Positions 48,000-59,655 of a DNA stretch of 64,000 bases are shown here, in pieces (the first letter of the stretch is position 1; every line of letters starts with the position of its first letter). Made by a program: the position numbers and the translations under genes. Where the stretch lies: assembly GCA_000004985.1 (NCBI GenBank), contig GG738904.1. One strand, given 5' to 3'. The DNA is from Naegleria gruberi. Lineage: Eukaryota. The notes below the pieces were generated by a model, which worked only from the letters and a program-made list of their open reading frames with translations, searched no databases and was not told the origin of the DNA.

Positions 48000-48913
48000 T
48001 TAACAACCATCAAATGGATCACCACCAAACTCACGAAGAAGTTTGAAATCTTGTACATGTTTCCTTACTCCATCCAAAATGTCTTCAACATCCTGAGGTG
48101 AGAATTTGCTAAGCATTGCTGAAAATTGGTTATAGATTTCCAAATCTCTTTTATCCTCGAAAAATCGTTCCCTAGGTGTATTGATAATGAATTGGTCATA
48201 CTGAGATCTTCTCTCAGTAGCTGTATCTTTATCCATTTGATGTGAGATTTGATTGCTTAATTCTTCAATTTCTTGTATTTCTTGAAAACTTAATGGTGTT
48301 ACATTCCTTATTTCTTCCGACATTGATGATATACAACGTTGTCTCAAACTCATTGCTGATTGAGAACGATTTCCAGCAGCACTGCTAGAATTAACAGATT
48401 TTGGACTCTTGGATCTAACACTGGGACAACTATTAGAATGTCAATCATTCGAAATTAAGAGGTAAGGTGATGTAGTTTAAAACATAATAGAGTTTCAATT
48501 AATGATGATGTTTGATGATTGAAGTTACGGAATGAAATACTTACCGACTTGGAGAAGCAGCACTTCTTGGCGAATTTAAAAATCCGGACAATGAAGGTGA
48601 TCCAAAGTTATAGGATTTATCTTCTTTTACCGAGTGGCTAATATCACCATTCAAGTGTTGGTCCTCTTCTTTATCAAATAGTAAGGACATTATTGTCAAA
48701 GCGCAACAGCCAATAAGATTTAAAAATTGATGAAGACTACTTACTCTTCTTTTTAGGTCTCGCATGCATTGTCCTTGGTGTTTTATTATCTATACAAGAC
48801 CTAGAATTGTCCAATCGAGATCTATGCAAAAAATAGTGAATAGACAGGGCATCTCTCCCTCCTCTATTCTTGAATGAATAAGCAAAGTAAGGTGATCTCT
48901 CCGATGAAGACAT
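48000..48913 (-). CDS. Hypothetical Ser-rich protein, about 240 aa; complement(join(48000..48429,48545..48668,48745..48913))
   Basis: ATG is at 48913 (MSSSERSPYF). Introns of 76 and 115 nt (GTAAGT..AAAG/AATAG) join three ORFs in frame. The C-terminus is ..KLLREFGGDPFDGC. I do not recognise the family. Confidence 0.45.
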
Positions 48914-49154
48914 TTTTTTTAAATTTTTAAAGCTGTATTTTTACGCGCCCTCAATAACAGTTACAGATGTTTGCTGTTTATTGTTCGTTTTTTTTAATTG
49001 TCAGCTGAAGAACAGTGAATGGAAATTTACAGCCCTTTTCTTTGCTGTCATCTATGAGTGGTCAATTTTTGAATCTAGTAAAATGATTCAAAAGAATTCT
49101 TTAGATATAAAAGTATTGAGCATTTAAAAGAGATACTAGCAGTAGTAGTTTTTA

Positions 49155-51152
49155 CTAATTTTTGTAATGTTGTTGCATTTGTTTTTGTAATTTCAATTTG
49201 TGAGCATTTTGTAAAACATCTCCTTTATCCACAGTCATTGATTTTGATTGAAAATATGGTTGATTCATTGTTTGTTTACAATAATCTTCTGGATTAAAAT
49301 CAAATACACAACTTCCAACTGTTAAATGATGAATTTCATCATGTTCATAATTATTTGGAATGGACAAATAAATAACCTTTTCATAGGGACATACTTTCTT
49401 AACTAATCCAATACATTTCAATTGAGTTTTTAATTCTTGATTTGTTTTAATGGTCATGAGTGGATATTCACTTGATTGATTGGAAATTAACTTGTTATGA
49501 TATTCATTTGTAATTATTCCATTATTATTTTTAGGAGGTTTAAATGAATAAACTCCAACAAATGATCCATTTAAATAATATAATCCTTTTGATAATTCAC
49601 TTGAATCTGTATTTAGTAATGTAATTATTACTTGATTCCATTTTAATTTAATTGTAGGAAGTTCTGCAAAGAATTCATAAATACTTTTAGAATTTCCCAT
49701 TGTTGTTGCAATTGTTGTTGTTGAGTTATTATTACTACTACTATTACTACTATTACTAATATTACTATTTTTAGAAATATTGAATGCAATTGTTTGCTGT
49801 AATGATTTTGTAAAAACCAAATCAAAAATTCTTTTAAATTCCTCAATTTCATAACAATATGAAAAATAAAACAAGTGTTGTAAATTAATTTTAGAAAAAT
49901 AATGATTTCTATAACCTTGTTTCGATCCAATAATAAATAAAGTTTCTAAATTTCTCAAATCAACAATTGAAGTATTTTCACCTGTAATTTCCCTATTATT
50001 AATATTATTAAAGAATATAGTATTATTTTTAATATTATTGTAATCTATTAATCCAGAAGGTGATGGATTCAAATTAATATTTTTATAATTACTTAATACT
50101 ATTAAATCTGTCATACCATTTTTGGTATTTTGATTTAAAATTTGAAGTAATTCCAAAATAATTTGATATCCACTTGAAGGTAATAAAGATTGACTATTAA
50201 TAATTAATGGAATATTTGAATATTTTTTACAATAAATTTGATATAATTCAAGTGATTGTTTTAAATAAGTTTCAATTTGAATATCAGTTGTTGAATGACC
50301 ATGATATATTTGGTAAATTAATTCATTTTTAGTATTTTGAAAAAGTGGTCCAAATGTTGGATTTGAATGAATTGAAAGTGATAATGTACCTCTAATTCCA
50401 AATGTAGGAACATTAATATTTAAATTTAAAAATGCTACTTTTGGATAATAATTTAATAATTCATTCATTAAATAATTACTAAATAAGGATTTACCTGATA
50501 AGGCATGTCCACATATTACATATTTTCTTAATTCTTTTCTTGTACATCTATTTATAACTCTTTTCATAAAATCATTTGCAAAATCAAATTTAATTAAATG
50601 TGTTGGAATATTAGAATTTCCATAAATGTAAAGTGATTCAAGTTTACGTTTTGATTTTTCTAATTTTAAATTATTAAATATTTGTAAATTTTTATGTAAA
50701 TAATAACATCTTGTATATAAATCATATTCTTCACTTTCCTTATTTGGTATATAAAATTTAATTAAACTTTCTTGATTTGTATTTTCAATTGCAATCATTC
50801 CATACATGCAATTACTATTTAATAAATAACTATTTGATGAATTTTTAATATTCTTTCCCAATATTTTAATACTTCCTTGTAAAACTTGAAAATAACAAAC
50901 TCCAATTAAGTAAATTGTTGAATTTAAATTCTTTAATTTAATTTCAATAGAATTTTTCATTTCCGAATTTAAAGATGATTCTTTTTCATCATCATTCATT
51001 TCATCAATATCTTCTTCTTGTTGATTCATTAATTCATTTGCATCATCATTATCTTCTTCTTGTTGATCATCGGAATTTTCTTGATTAATTTCCTCTTCAT
51101 TGATTTCATCATCGGAATCAACAATTTCTTCATTTTCTTTAAATTGTTTCAT
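49155..51152 (-). CDS. Clp1/Grc3/NOL9-family polynucleotide 5'-kinase-like protein, 665 aa
   Basis: A Walker-A-like block reads KYVICGHALSGKSLFSNYLMNELLNYYPKVAFLNLNINVPTFGIRGTLSL. It has the same layout as the Clp1/Grc3 motif vlvvGp..GKST..lLlNy.....vayldlDvGQ. The acidic N-terminus and overall length fit Grc3/NOL9. The ORF contains a poly-Asn/Ser tract. Confidence 0.6.
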   Translation of the reverse strand: MKQFKENEEIVDSDDEINEEEINQENSDDQQEEDNDDANELMNQQEEDIDEMNDDEKESSLNSEMKNSIEIKLKNLNSTIYLIGVCYFQVLQGSIKILGKNIKNSSNSYLLNSNCMYGMIAIENTNQESLIKFYIPNKESEEYDLYTRCYYLHKNLQIFNNLKLEKSKRKLESLYIYGNSNIPTHLIKFDFANDFMKRVINRCTRKELRKYVICGHALSGKSLFSNYLMNELLNYYPKVAFLNLNINVPTFGIRGTLSLSIHSNPTFGPLFQNTKNELIYQIYHGHSTTDIQIETYLKQSLELYQIYCKKYSNIPLIINSQSLLPSSGYQIILELLQILNQNTKNGMTDLIVLSNYKNINLNPSPSGLIDYNNIKNNTIFFNNINNREITGENTSIVDLRNLETLFIIGSKQGYRNHYFSKINLQHLFYFSYCYEIEEFKRIFDLVFTKSLQQTIAFNISKNSNISNSSNSSSNNNSTTTIATTMGNSKSIYEFFAELPTIKLKWNQVIITLLNTDSSELSKGLYYLNGSFVGVYSFKPPKNNNGIITNEYHNKLISNQSSEYPLMTIKTNQELKTQLKCIGLVKKVCPYEKVIYLSIPNNYEHDEIHHLTVGSCVFDFNPEDYCKQTMNQPYFQSKSMTVDKGDVLQNAHKLKLQKQMQQHYKN

Positions 51153-51334
51153 TTTTTTTGTTGAATTTTGTTAAAAAGTAAGATTGCATTTAAGACCAAA
51201 TATTATTGTTTTAACTAAATTCAACTTAAAATTTTGTATTATATTTCACAATAGTTGAAATTATTATCATTAAAATATGGATTTGTAAAGTTTATTTTTT
51301 TGTAATATTTACAAGTGAGAGAGTTCAGTCGCGA

Positions 51335-51384
51335 NNNNNNNNNNNNNNNNNNNNNNNNNNNNNNNNNNNNNNNNNNNNNNNNNN
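51335..51384. other. Assembly gap (50 N)
   Basis: This is a run of n characters. Confidence 0.99.
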
Positions 51385-51512
51385 GGTTTTTTAAACTTCA
51401 TTCACCTTCTTTAAATTATTAGCATGTGAATGACCATTAGTGGTGGCGGTGGTGGTATTATTATTATTGAGTGGAGGAGAAGGAGTGGTTGTTGTGGTTG
51501 GTTGTGGAATAG

Positions 51513-52715
51513 TCATGATGGTGGTTGGTTGTGGTGGTGGAGTTGTGGTGGTGGAGGATGTGGCATTGATGATGATGGTGGACTCAAGTATTCCTGTTGG
51601 TGATCTTGGTGATGATGTGAAATTTGATCCTGATGCTCACTTTTAACACTCTTTGAACTTCTTGTACTTGTTGTGCTATTTGTACTTAGTGATGAATTAG
51701 CTCTCTTTCTACCACTTGAAGAGGTGCTGGAAGTATTCTTTCGTTTAGTTGTGCTTGTTGAAGTAGCACTTGAAGTATTTGAATCTGTTTGTTGATTCAA
51801 CTTTTTCCATTGATATAAATCATGGAAATAACAATAATTACAAATATTATTCCAGAACTTGGCAATATAATCTGGCTTGAACTCTGTTTCACATCTGAGA
51901 GAAAATCTTAAACGATTTGAAACATCCTTTGTACAATTTTGAATACAACACGTGGTTTGATGTACAAAAGCATTGAGCTCCTGAGTATTTGATGAACTAG
52001 AAGCAACTGTTTGATCATTTGAATGATTTGATTGATTGGAATGACTTCTTCGTCTTGTATTTGATGTTCTTCTCGTTGATTTTCTCTTCTTTGATTCTGG
52101 ACTACTTGTATTATTTGAATGACTACTACTGCTACCAGTACTACTACTGTTGGTAGATTGATTGACTAATGGTTCAGCAATATTGAGTTGTTCAGTCATT
52201 TCTTCATCTTCATCAGAAGGACTTGACAGTGATGATAATCTATTATTAGATTCATAAACGTGTTGATGAGTCATGGTTGATGAACTAGTTGGATGAGATG
52301 CAGTTGTTTGTGTGCCTTGTAGGAGTGGAGGTGGAAATACAATGCTCTGATTTGTAATTACTGGTACAGATGCAGTAGTGCTAATATTATTATATGGAAT
52401 GACATGAATGGATGATTGTATCATGTGTTGTTGTTGTTGTGGTGGTGATTGTTGCTGCTGATGATGATGAACATTACCTATTAATTGTGATGGCAATGTG
52501 AATGGATTGACAATGGTGTTAATAGCAGTATTGTTAGCATTGGTATTAGGAGAAGTGTTATTAGACCCAGTTGAATGTCCACCACTAGCATATGGTTTAG
52601 ATTGTAAAGTGTTAAATTCAGGATGAGTATGTGAAAAATCTTCACGGACCTTATCGAGTAGAATTTTTCTCATCCTTTTCTCTCTTTTTAATATTGAAGT
52701 AAGTGTGTAATACAA
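51513..52715 (-). CDS. Low-complexity (S/T/Q/H/N-rich) protein with one Cys-rich module; possible transcription regulator; about 400 aa
   Basis: ATG is at 52715. The Cys-rich module reads CCIQNCTKDVSNRLRFSLRCETEFKPDYIAKFWNNICNYCYFH. There are polyQ, polyH and polyS tracts. The 3' end lies 130 nt from the assembly gap. Confidence 0.4.
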   Translation of the reverse strand: MYYTLTSILKREKRMRKILLDKVREDFSHTHPEFNTLQSKPYASGGHSTGSNNTSPNTNANNTAINTIVNPFTLPSQLIGNVHHHQQQQSPPQQQQHMIQSSIHVIPYNNISTTASVPVITNQSIVFPPPLLQGTQTTASHPTSSSTMTHQHVYESNNRLSSLSSPSDEDEEMTEQLNIAEPLVNQSTNSSSTGSSSSHSNNTSSPESKKRKSTRRTSNTRRRSHSNQSNHSNDQTVASSSSNTQELNAFVHQTTCCIQNCTKDVSNRLRFSLRCETEFKPDYIAKFWNNICNYCYFHDLYQWKKLNQQTDSNTSSATSTSTTKRKNTSSTSSSGRKRANSSLSTNSTTSTRSSKSVKSEHQDQISHHHQDHQQEYLSPPSSSMPHPPPPQLHHHNQPPS

Positions 52716-54482
52716 TAGTGTTGCAATATAATAGTATTAGTAATATAATACAAAGTAATATTAATAATGATTAAACAAGTTGTCGCAATATATGTTACAA
52801 AATATAAGGAGTTATACAAAATATACAAATTCACTCCTATAACAGCAAGAACAATTTGACTATTTTCACAAATTGCGTTCTAGTCGAGTTAAGAAAAAAA
52901 CAAAGCCTTTGATCGGATTGTTATTATATTAACAACAGCAACTACTGTGTGTGTGCACTCGAGATTCACTGTGTGTGTTAAGAAAAAGGCTCAAGAGAGT
53001 GAATAAGAGAGTTTACAAGTTTTTTTTAAATGAAAGTTATTTTTATTTTGGTGTTTGAAGTTCTAAAATTGATTCCCCTGATAAAATCGTCGAAGGCTTC
53101 TCATGGTTGTGTGTGTGAATGTAATGTGGAAGGCTACTTGAAGAGGCTTCGTAGAATAGGATTAATATTCAATCAGTCAGTTATTCTCAGCGATGTATCG
53201 TGTGTGAGTGTGGATTAATAAGAATACTTCTGAGATGGTTGATGATGATTGAAATAGTTGTTGGTTGACTTGAGAGATGAATTAATTTTAGAAATTGAAT
53301 AATAAACGGTAAGATTGACCTTTAATGTTTAGTGATGGATAGATGTGAATCTCTTGTAAAGAATCTTAAAAGTAACTTGATCATGACAAGTAGTGTTGTT
53401 GATGACTTTTACAACACTTTTATAGATTTTACATGAAACATGGTCAATGTTTCCACTATTTCAGATTCTATATATTGAGTTTCGAATAGTTTTGGTGTTG
53501 TATATTTATTGAAGAATGGTAAAATTGTAAAGAAAGGAATTATGCAAACATGTTCAATGTTCTATTGTTGGTGAATTAACATGAAATGCAATTTTAACAT
53601 GAATCTATTTGCAACTTTACAATGTCGGTTATATTGGTTGAAAATGTTCCTTATTACCAAAAAATGCTCATTTAGGAAAGTAAGTTGTTAAAATATTGAA
53701 ACAATTCCTTTTTGTCCATTTGTAAATATTTGATCAATATTTGTAAAGTGTGAAAACCTTCCTTACTGAGCTTTCACACAAAATTATTCTATTATGAATA
53801 AAACTACAGAGATCACGCAAGGATTTGTACAGCAAGCACCTTCCATGATCCTTCCCTGCAGCTTTGGTTCACAACTTTTTAATTGCAGTATGATTGCTAC
53901 ATTATCTAACAAATATCTACATCTCTATGAATTGTTTTATTTTCAATGTATTTTTAACTTTTGGTTCCTAAATATCAAAAATAGTTGAAATGTATTTTGT
54001 TTCATTAATAAAATCTATTATTATTTTGTGTTTTCAAAAGTAAAACAGAAACCTGTTGTTGGGTTGGGGGTGTTGTTTGTTTTTTTTTGAGGGTTTTTCA
54101 AGTTGTTTTTTTTTGTTGTACAAGAATCGTGTGCTGCAAGGTTTCTTATTAGTAGTTGATCCAATTTGATTATTTAGATCTCCTTTTCTTGAATTCAATT
54201 AACAACTTGTGGTGTGAGAGTATAACAATATTAATTAATCACAAAAGAAACTGAATGTAAATTGTGAATTTGATTCTTCATAAAATTTATTACTTCTCGC
54301 ACAATAAATTTACTGAGAAATTCTATCATAATTGAACCTTGTTCCACAATATTGAAGAATATTGATATTCAAGTTTGTTCAATGATTGTTTTGGGCAGAA
54401 CTTTGTGATATCTTGACACCTTCTTAATATGGATTATAAATCCACGAATGAAAACATTTTTTAAAACATCACACACAAAAAA

Positions 54483-55577
54483 ATGAGAAAAGAAGACCTT
54501 GTGAGTGTCATTACATTGATTATTACTGCAGCACTTTTAAATTTCTATCCAATTCTCTTCAATAACCAACAAACACTTGAAGAAATTGAACAACATCATA
54601 AAATTAATATGGAAACTCCTCTTAATACAGAAAGTAGAATAAACTCCATCCTATTGAAAGGAGCTTCAGGATATTCATGTATCCTTCCACCATCAGAAAC
54701 CAATAAGAAATACTTTAATTTAGGTGAGACAATTTACACTGGTAGTTCAGATATGTTACAATTTATTTGTGAATATTTAAAGAGACGAAACTTGGTGAAT
54801 GAAATTATTCCAAATTCAAGAAAATTGATGAAGAGATTAATATACGAAGCTCACTTGTTGGAAATGTTCGATTTGAGGGATAAAGTGATTAGAAAATATG
54901 TGAGCCCCTTTGTCGCAATTGATATGGTTGGATATCCTCAAAAAAAGAAAGAATTTATTATTCGAAACATACTTATTCGAAAGGCAATCACCAATTTTTA
55001 TAATACTAAGGGACCCTCCTTCACAAACACTCTTCCTACAAAGATTAGAGCTGCCCTATTTGATATTAGGAAGGAATTGAGCAATACTGCTTTTTTCATA
55101 TTCATCAATATTAGTAATGAACGAACTTTGAGAGGAATTTCAAAAGAAATTGTTGACTTGTTACCAAAATACTTATTTGAAATTGCAAATAGCTGTGAAT
55201 TGGAAAATATTATGAAAGAGCAATTTACAGAGCTACTTTTTTATTTGTTACAAAATATTGGAAATCGAGAATTGGTCCAAAGTGGAATGGCATTAACATC
55301 TCTACCAAAAATAGCTTTATTTATTCAACATAGACGAAATCTGTTTAATAATTATGAAAATTGTTTTACCAATTTTAGTGTTAGACCCATGATTGGATGT
55401 ATTGGATTTATAAAGAATATGTCAGGATCGTTATCTGCTTCGATTATTAGACAACTATATTCAGATAGTGAGTTGGCAGCATTCACTGAATTGCAGTATG
55501 ATAATTTAGGTGAACTGAAGGATCATTTTGATAAAATACTTTTGAGAACTCTCCATCATATCCTCAATTCATTTTAG
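54483..55577 (+). CDS. Hypothetical protein, 364 aa
   Basis: ATG is at 54483 and the ORF is uninterrupted. There is one N-terminal hydrophobic segment. No recognisable motifs were found. Confidence 0.45.
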   Translation: MRKEDLVSVITLIITAALLNFYPILFNNQQTLEEIEQHHKINMETPLNTESRINSILLKGASGYSCILPPSETNKKYFNLGETIYTGSSDMLQFICEYLKRRNLVNEIIPNSRKLMKRLIYEAHLLEMFDLRDKVIRKYVSPFVAIDMVGYPQKKKEFIIRNILIRKAITNFYNTKGPSFTNTLPTKIRAALFDIRKELSNTAFFIFINISNERTLRGISKEIVDLLPKYLFEIANSCELENIMKEQFTELLFYLLQNIGNRELVQSGMALTSLPKIALFIQHRRNLFNNYENCFTNFSVRPMIGCIGFIKNMSGSLSASIIRQLYSDSELAAFTELQYDNLGELKDHFDKILLRTLHHILNSF

Positions 55578-55889
55578 TACTCTACTTCCACCATTAAACA
55601 ATTTTCTAATAAATAAAAAATTGAAGAAGCATCTAAAGATATCACTTGATTCACCTTAGTGTTCATTCGGTTGATTCAATCACTAAGGTGAATTAGCTAA
55701 AGAGTTTGAATACATTGAGGTTGAACCATGTAGATTGTTCAAAACATAACACACTTTGTAATGTTTATTTTTTTGCAGTTTGGACTCTGAAGTGCAAACT
55801 CATCATTTTGAAAATGTGTTGTACTTTCTGAATTACTACTTATTGAACTGTATTATGTGCTCACCATGACACGTTCATCATCTTGTCGC

Positions 55890-57596
55890 TCATCTCTTTT
55901 TTTCTCTAAGAGTTTGATAAAATCTTGCCTTCTCGAAATCATATTCCTCAATTCCTGCAACAGGTTGATCATAACCTTCATGGTAGAAGGGGCATTTCGT
56001 ACCATTTTTACATTGACCTTTAACAAAATAAAGACATTTAATTGGTTTGAATAATCTAGGTTCACCTTGATGTTGGGCAGGAGGTTGTTTGCTGTTACTA
56101 TACTGATTTGTAGGTGGTTTGTTTTTTTGAGCTCCAGAAGAATTATTTTGATAGGAATGTTGGGAATGATAATTCATATTATGTTGTTGAGGAGGCATGT
56201 GACCACTCGATCTATTTTGATAGTAAGATCCTTGATTCGCTGGGGGTTGAGATCTTTGATAAGGTGAAGGTTGATGTTGATAAGGAGATTGGTGATGAGA
56301 ATGTGGGTAAGAATTGTTTGAATAATTATTTGCTGGAGGTAAAGGTTGTTGTTGATAAGGACTATGATTTGAAAGTGGAGGATTAGTAATTGGAGTTGGT
56401 GTGGTTGTTGGAAATCTATTGCTTGTAGTATTCAAAGAAGTAGGACTATTAGATATTATTCCAATGGTATTAAGTAAATTGTTGACAGAACTCTCAGTTG
56501 GTGAAGGAACTGGAGATGAAGGTGATTCTGTCACAATAATGGAAGGAGATGATCTAACCATTTCCTCAATAATTTTAGCTTCATTGCTGACAACTTCAAC
56601 TGGTGGCATCTTGTCATTTGGTTGTAAAATTCTTAATGGAGTAACATAATTCACTGTATTTCTCATATTGGAAAGAATCATAATCTTCACTTGTTTTTGT
56701 TGATTCATTAAAACTCTCTCATTTGATTTTTCCTCATTCATTAATTCTTGAACAGATCTATGATTAACTTCTTCCACATAGGCTTGTCTTGGTTCAATAA
56801 GTCTAACTTTTTCCAATTCTGTTGACCAACTAACTCTCTTTTTTTTCTTTGATGATTCTTCAGATTTAACTATTTCAAAATATTAAAGATGAATTATAAT
56901 AGAATGCATACCTTTCTTTGTAACACTTTCCACTGAATCACTTCGATTCAAATTTGAAGTTTGTGTTTCTTCTTGAGGTGAAGTTTGATCATCAGCTCTT
57001 TTTCTTTTTTCTCCACCTGTTGTAGTTGGTGTGGCTGGTTTTTTCTTTGGTATAGTTGGAGAGGAGGTTTCAGTTGGTGTGGTAGGAGTTGTTGGACCCT
57101 CCTTCACGAATTTTTGTTTCCAGTCTTGAATCAACTCATCAACACTTGTCTTTATTGTTTTGGAAAAGTTAGTTGACTTTGAAATAGAAGAAAGTATTTT
57201 ACCAATTTTTGCCTTTTTGATAATAGCCACATCTAATCCTCCACATTCATTCAACTTGTTGACAATGGAAATTAATTCCTTCAACATACTAATAAGATAT
57301 TAGGAAAATAATCCAATAAATAATACATACGTTTCATCTACGTGATCAGAACAATTAGTAATCCACTCGGACAGAATTGATAATCCATCCATAGTAAGAA
57401 AGTCTCTTAATATATTCTTCTTGACCGTAGAGTTTAGAACTTTGGTACATTCCATCCTCATTAACCTGATAGAGTCGGCTTGGGAAGATGTATATTTTAG
57501 CTGTTTGCATATTTCAACAAACGCAGGCAAATTTTCCTTCTTTGTTATTTTGTAGTTGTTGGTCAGGCTTTTAATTCTTTCCGTTACATCGATCAT
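55890..57596 (-). CDS. PNUTS (PPP1R10)-like PP1 regulatory protein with TFIIS N-terminal domain, RVxF motif and C-terminal CCCH zinc finger, about 536 aa; complement(join(55890..56857,56912..57288,57331..57596))
   Basis: The TFIIS-N/LW domain reads LRDFLTMDGLSILSEWI...LKELISIVNKLNECGGLDVAIIKKAKIGKILSSISKST.NFSKTIKTSVDELIQDWKQKF. A basic stretch followed by RVSW (KKKKRVSWSTE) spans the exon 2/3 junction. The C-terminal zinc finger is C-x7-C-x5-C-x3-H (CLYFVKGQCKNGTKCPFYH). Two introns of 42 and 54 nt (GTATGT..TTAG/..GAAG) are frame-exact. Confidence 0.65.
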
Positions 57597-58520
57597 TGTT
57601 GTATTTACTCCAAATAAATAATATTCAAAATTGATGATGAGGTAAAACCTCTGATGTTATTTAGTAAACAATAAATATTACTACGGAGAAATAATATAAA
57701 TTGTCTACAATATAGAAGGAATTATTCTAAAATTTTGTTGAACACAGGTTGATACTTTCTAGCTTTTGCCAAAACCTCGCCGTTTTGTGGTGATGCAAGT
57801 AATTGCAATTTAATATTTTTTTTTTCAATTCAAATTTTTTTTCTCTCACCAAAACTTTCTAGACAAAACTCGACGTTGAAGGCTTTTTGTTGTTTTTGCT
57901 TCAGTCTTGAGACTTTACAATGTCAAAGGTGTAGAAAGCATTGAGAGGTTGATAATAAATGATATTGAAAAATACAATGAGAAAACATACATCTCTTTGA
58001 ATTTTTTTCAAATATAGTGAATAATTGAAAATAATAGAATCAAAAAAAGTAAATTTCTAAACACAGTCAACATTGAACAAGTGAGGGTGATGAATTGTTT
58101 CGAACAATTCAAGGGGAGAGTCCTACATGAACATTCGAATATTAAGGTTTGTTGGTAATTCATCTCAAAAAAACATTGTACGGTATCATAAAAGTAAAGA
58201 ATAATTTCCAATTTGATATTAAATCCTTATTAAAAAAAGCAGAATTTATAGGCAACGCCATAATTTCCTCAAGGTCCAGAGCAATTTGAAGTTTACAAAC
58301 ATGTTGAGGTCGCATTTATCACCAAATTTATTGTCCAACAGATTCATATAACTGCAATGATCCAAGCCTTATTTAGTGGATTATAACATTTGCCGCTGTT
58401 TTTCTCTGCGTCCCTTCACAAGCCTTCATGCTGCTTTACTATATCGCCACCATCATCAAAGCATTGCGTTTGTTGTTGATGTTTGTCTACAGCTTCTTAA
58501 TAAATACATAATTAAAAAAA

Positions 58521-59483
58521 ATGTATAAACAGCCTAAAGTGAATATTTATTCCTTAAAATTGGAAGAGCTTACAGAGGTGTTTTCTTTCTGTTCCCTATT
58601 TGATTTTTATTCAATATCATTGACTTGTAGAGATTGGTGTGAGGTTGTTAGTGCATCAATGTCTGATAATAAATTTGCAAAGAGATATTATGGTTTAACG
58701 AGAGACAATATGATTCCTCTCCTCGGACCAGAAGTAATTTATCAAGAAGATGATAAAGCTTGTCGTCAAGAAAAGATTTCCAAGTTTTTATTCAATTGGG
58801 TTGATATTGTGGAAGAAAAGTATGAAAATGAACTTTGGATGAAAGGGTTTAAAGAATTAAGGAAGGATTTTCAAATTTCTACTGAAGAGCAAGTTGATAT
58901 GGAAATAGTATATAGAAGAGTTGTTAGATTAACAGGAGAGCACAAGTATAGAAATTGGACAGCTTTCAGTTTAATTTTAAATGGTGTTAGAATTCCATTG
59001 TTTGCAACTCTTGGAAAAGTACATGGTGAGATTAGATATTTATTTGTTATGGCTTTCTTTGATGAAGATGATAACATTACTTATGATATTGAAAATGCAG
59101 TTAGAACTGAAGAGGCTTCTTTTTATCATGAATTTAGTGGAGTTGATGCATCAAAATATGCTAGAAACTTTAAATGGATTCTAAACAGTTTTCCAAATTA
59201 TATTTCTCAGAAAAGATTTGGTTTTGAATTATTCCTATCAGTGTTAGAGGGTTATTTGAGACAAATGGATATTAATCCATTGTCGAAACGTCATTATCAA
59301 GGAAAACCACATACATCTCACAAAACTGACTTTTATATTATTAAGAAAATGGATACTTTTGTTTCCTTTTGGCCTTTACAAGAAGATCAATACGATGTAA
59401 TATCAATGCATGGAAGAGTTGTGGCTTCAATTTATCACATTAAGAAATTCTATGATAAAGGAAAGACTTTTGGATATACTTAA
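58521..59483 (+). CDS. F-box domain protein of unknown function, 320 aa
   Basis: ATG is at 58521. The N-terminus carries an F-box-like LKLEELTEVFSFCSLFDFYSISLTCRDWCEVV. The ORF is uninterrupted. Confidence 0.55.
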   Translation: MYKQPKVNIYSLKLEELTEVFSFCSLFDFYSISLTCRDWCEVVSASMSDNKFAKRYYGLTRDNMIPLLGPEVIYQEDDKACRQEKISKFLFNWVDIVEEKYENELWMKGFKELRKDFQISTEEQVDMEIVYRRVVRLTGEHKYRNWTAFSLILNGVRIPLFATLGKVHGEIRYLFVMAFFDEDDNITYDIENAVRTEEASFYHEFSGVDASKYARNFKWILNSFPNYISQKRFGFELFLSVLEGYLRQMDINPLSKRHYQGKPHTSHKTDFYIIKKMDTFVSFWPLQEDQYDVISMHGRVVASIYHIKKFYDKGKTFGYT

Positions 59484-59582
59484 TAAAGTATTACCATCAT
59501 GAAAGAATGGAACATGTTTAAAATCAAATTAACTACAAAATTCTCTTGTATAAAGACATGGAATCTTTAACTTAATAAAATT

Positions 59583-59655
59583 TGCCGACACCAGGGATCG
59601 AACCAGGGACCTTAAGATCTTCAGTCTTACGCTCTCCCAACTGAGCTATGTCGGC
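59583..59655 (-). tRNA. tRNA-Phe (anticodon GAA), 73 nt, no intron
   Basis: The minus-strand sequence is GCCGACATAGCTCAGTTGGGAGAGCGTAAGACTGAAGATCTTAAGGTCCCTGGTTCGATCCCTGGTGTCGGCA. It has a 7-bp acceptor stem, a D-loop AGCTCAGTTGGGAGAGC, an anticodon loop CTGAAGA and a T-loop GGTTCGATCC. Confidence 0.95.

Noticed and set aside
51385-51512. Possible additional 3' exon of the 51513..52715 gene next to the assembly gap
   Set aside because: The ORF shown terminates at 51513 and the adjacent sequence is truncated by the N-gap. No reliable call is possible.
52940-52990. Short (GT)n runs flanking a CTCGAG palindrome in the long intergenic region
   Set aside because: This is a simple microsatellite of a few repeat units with no evidence of function.
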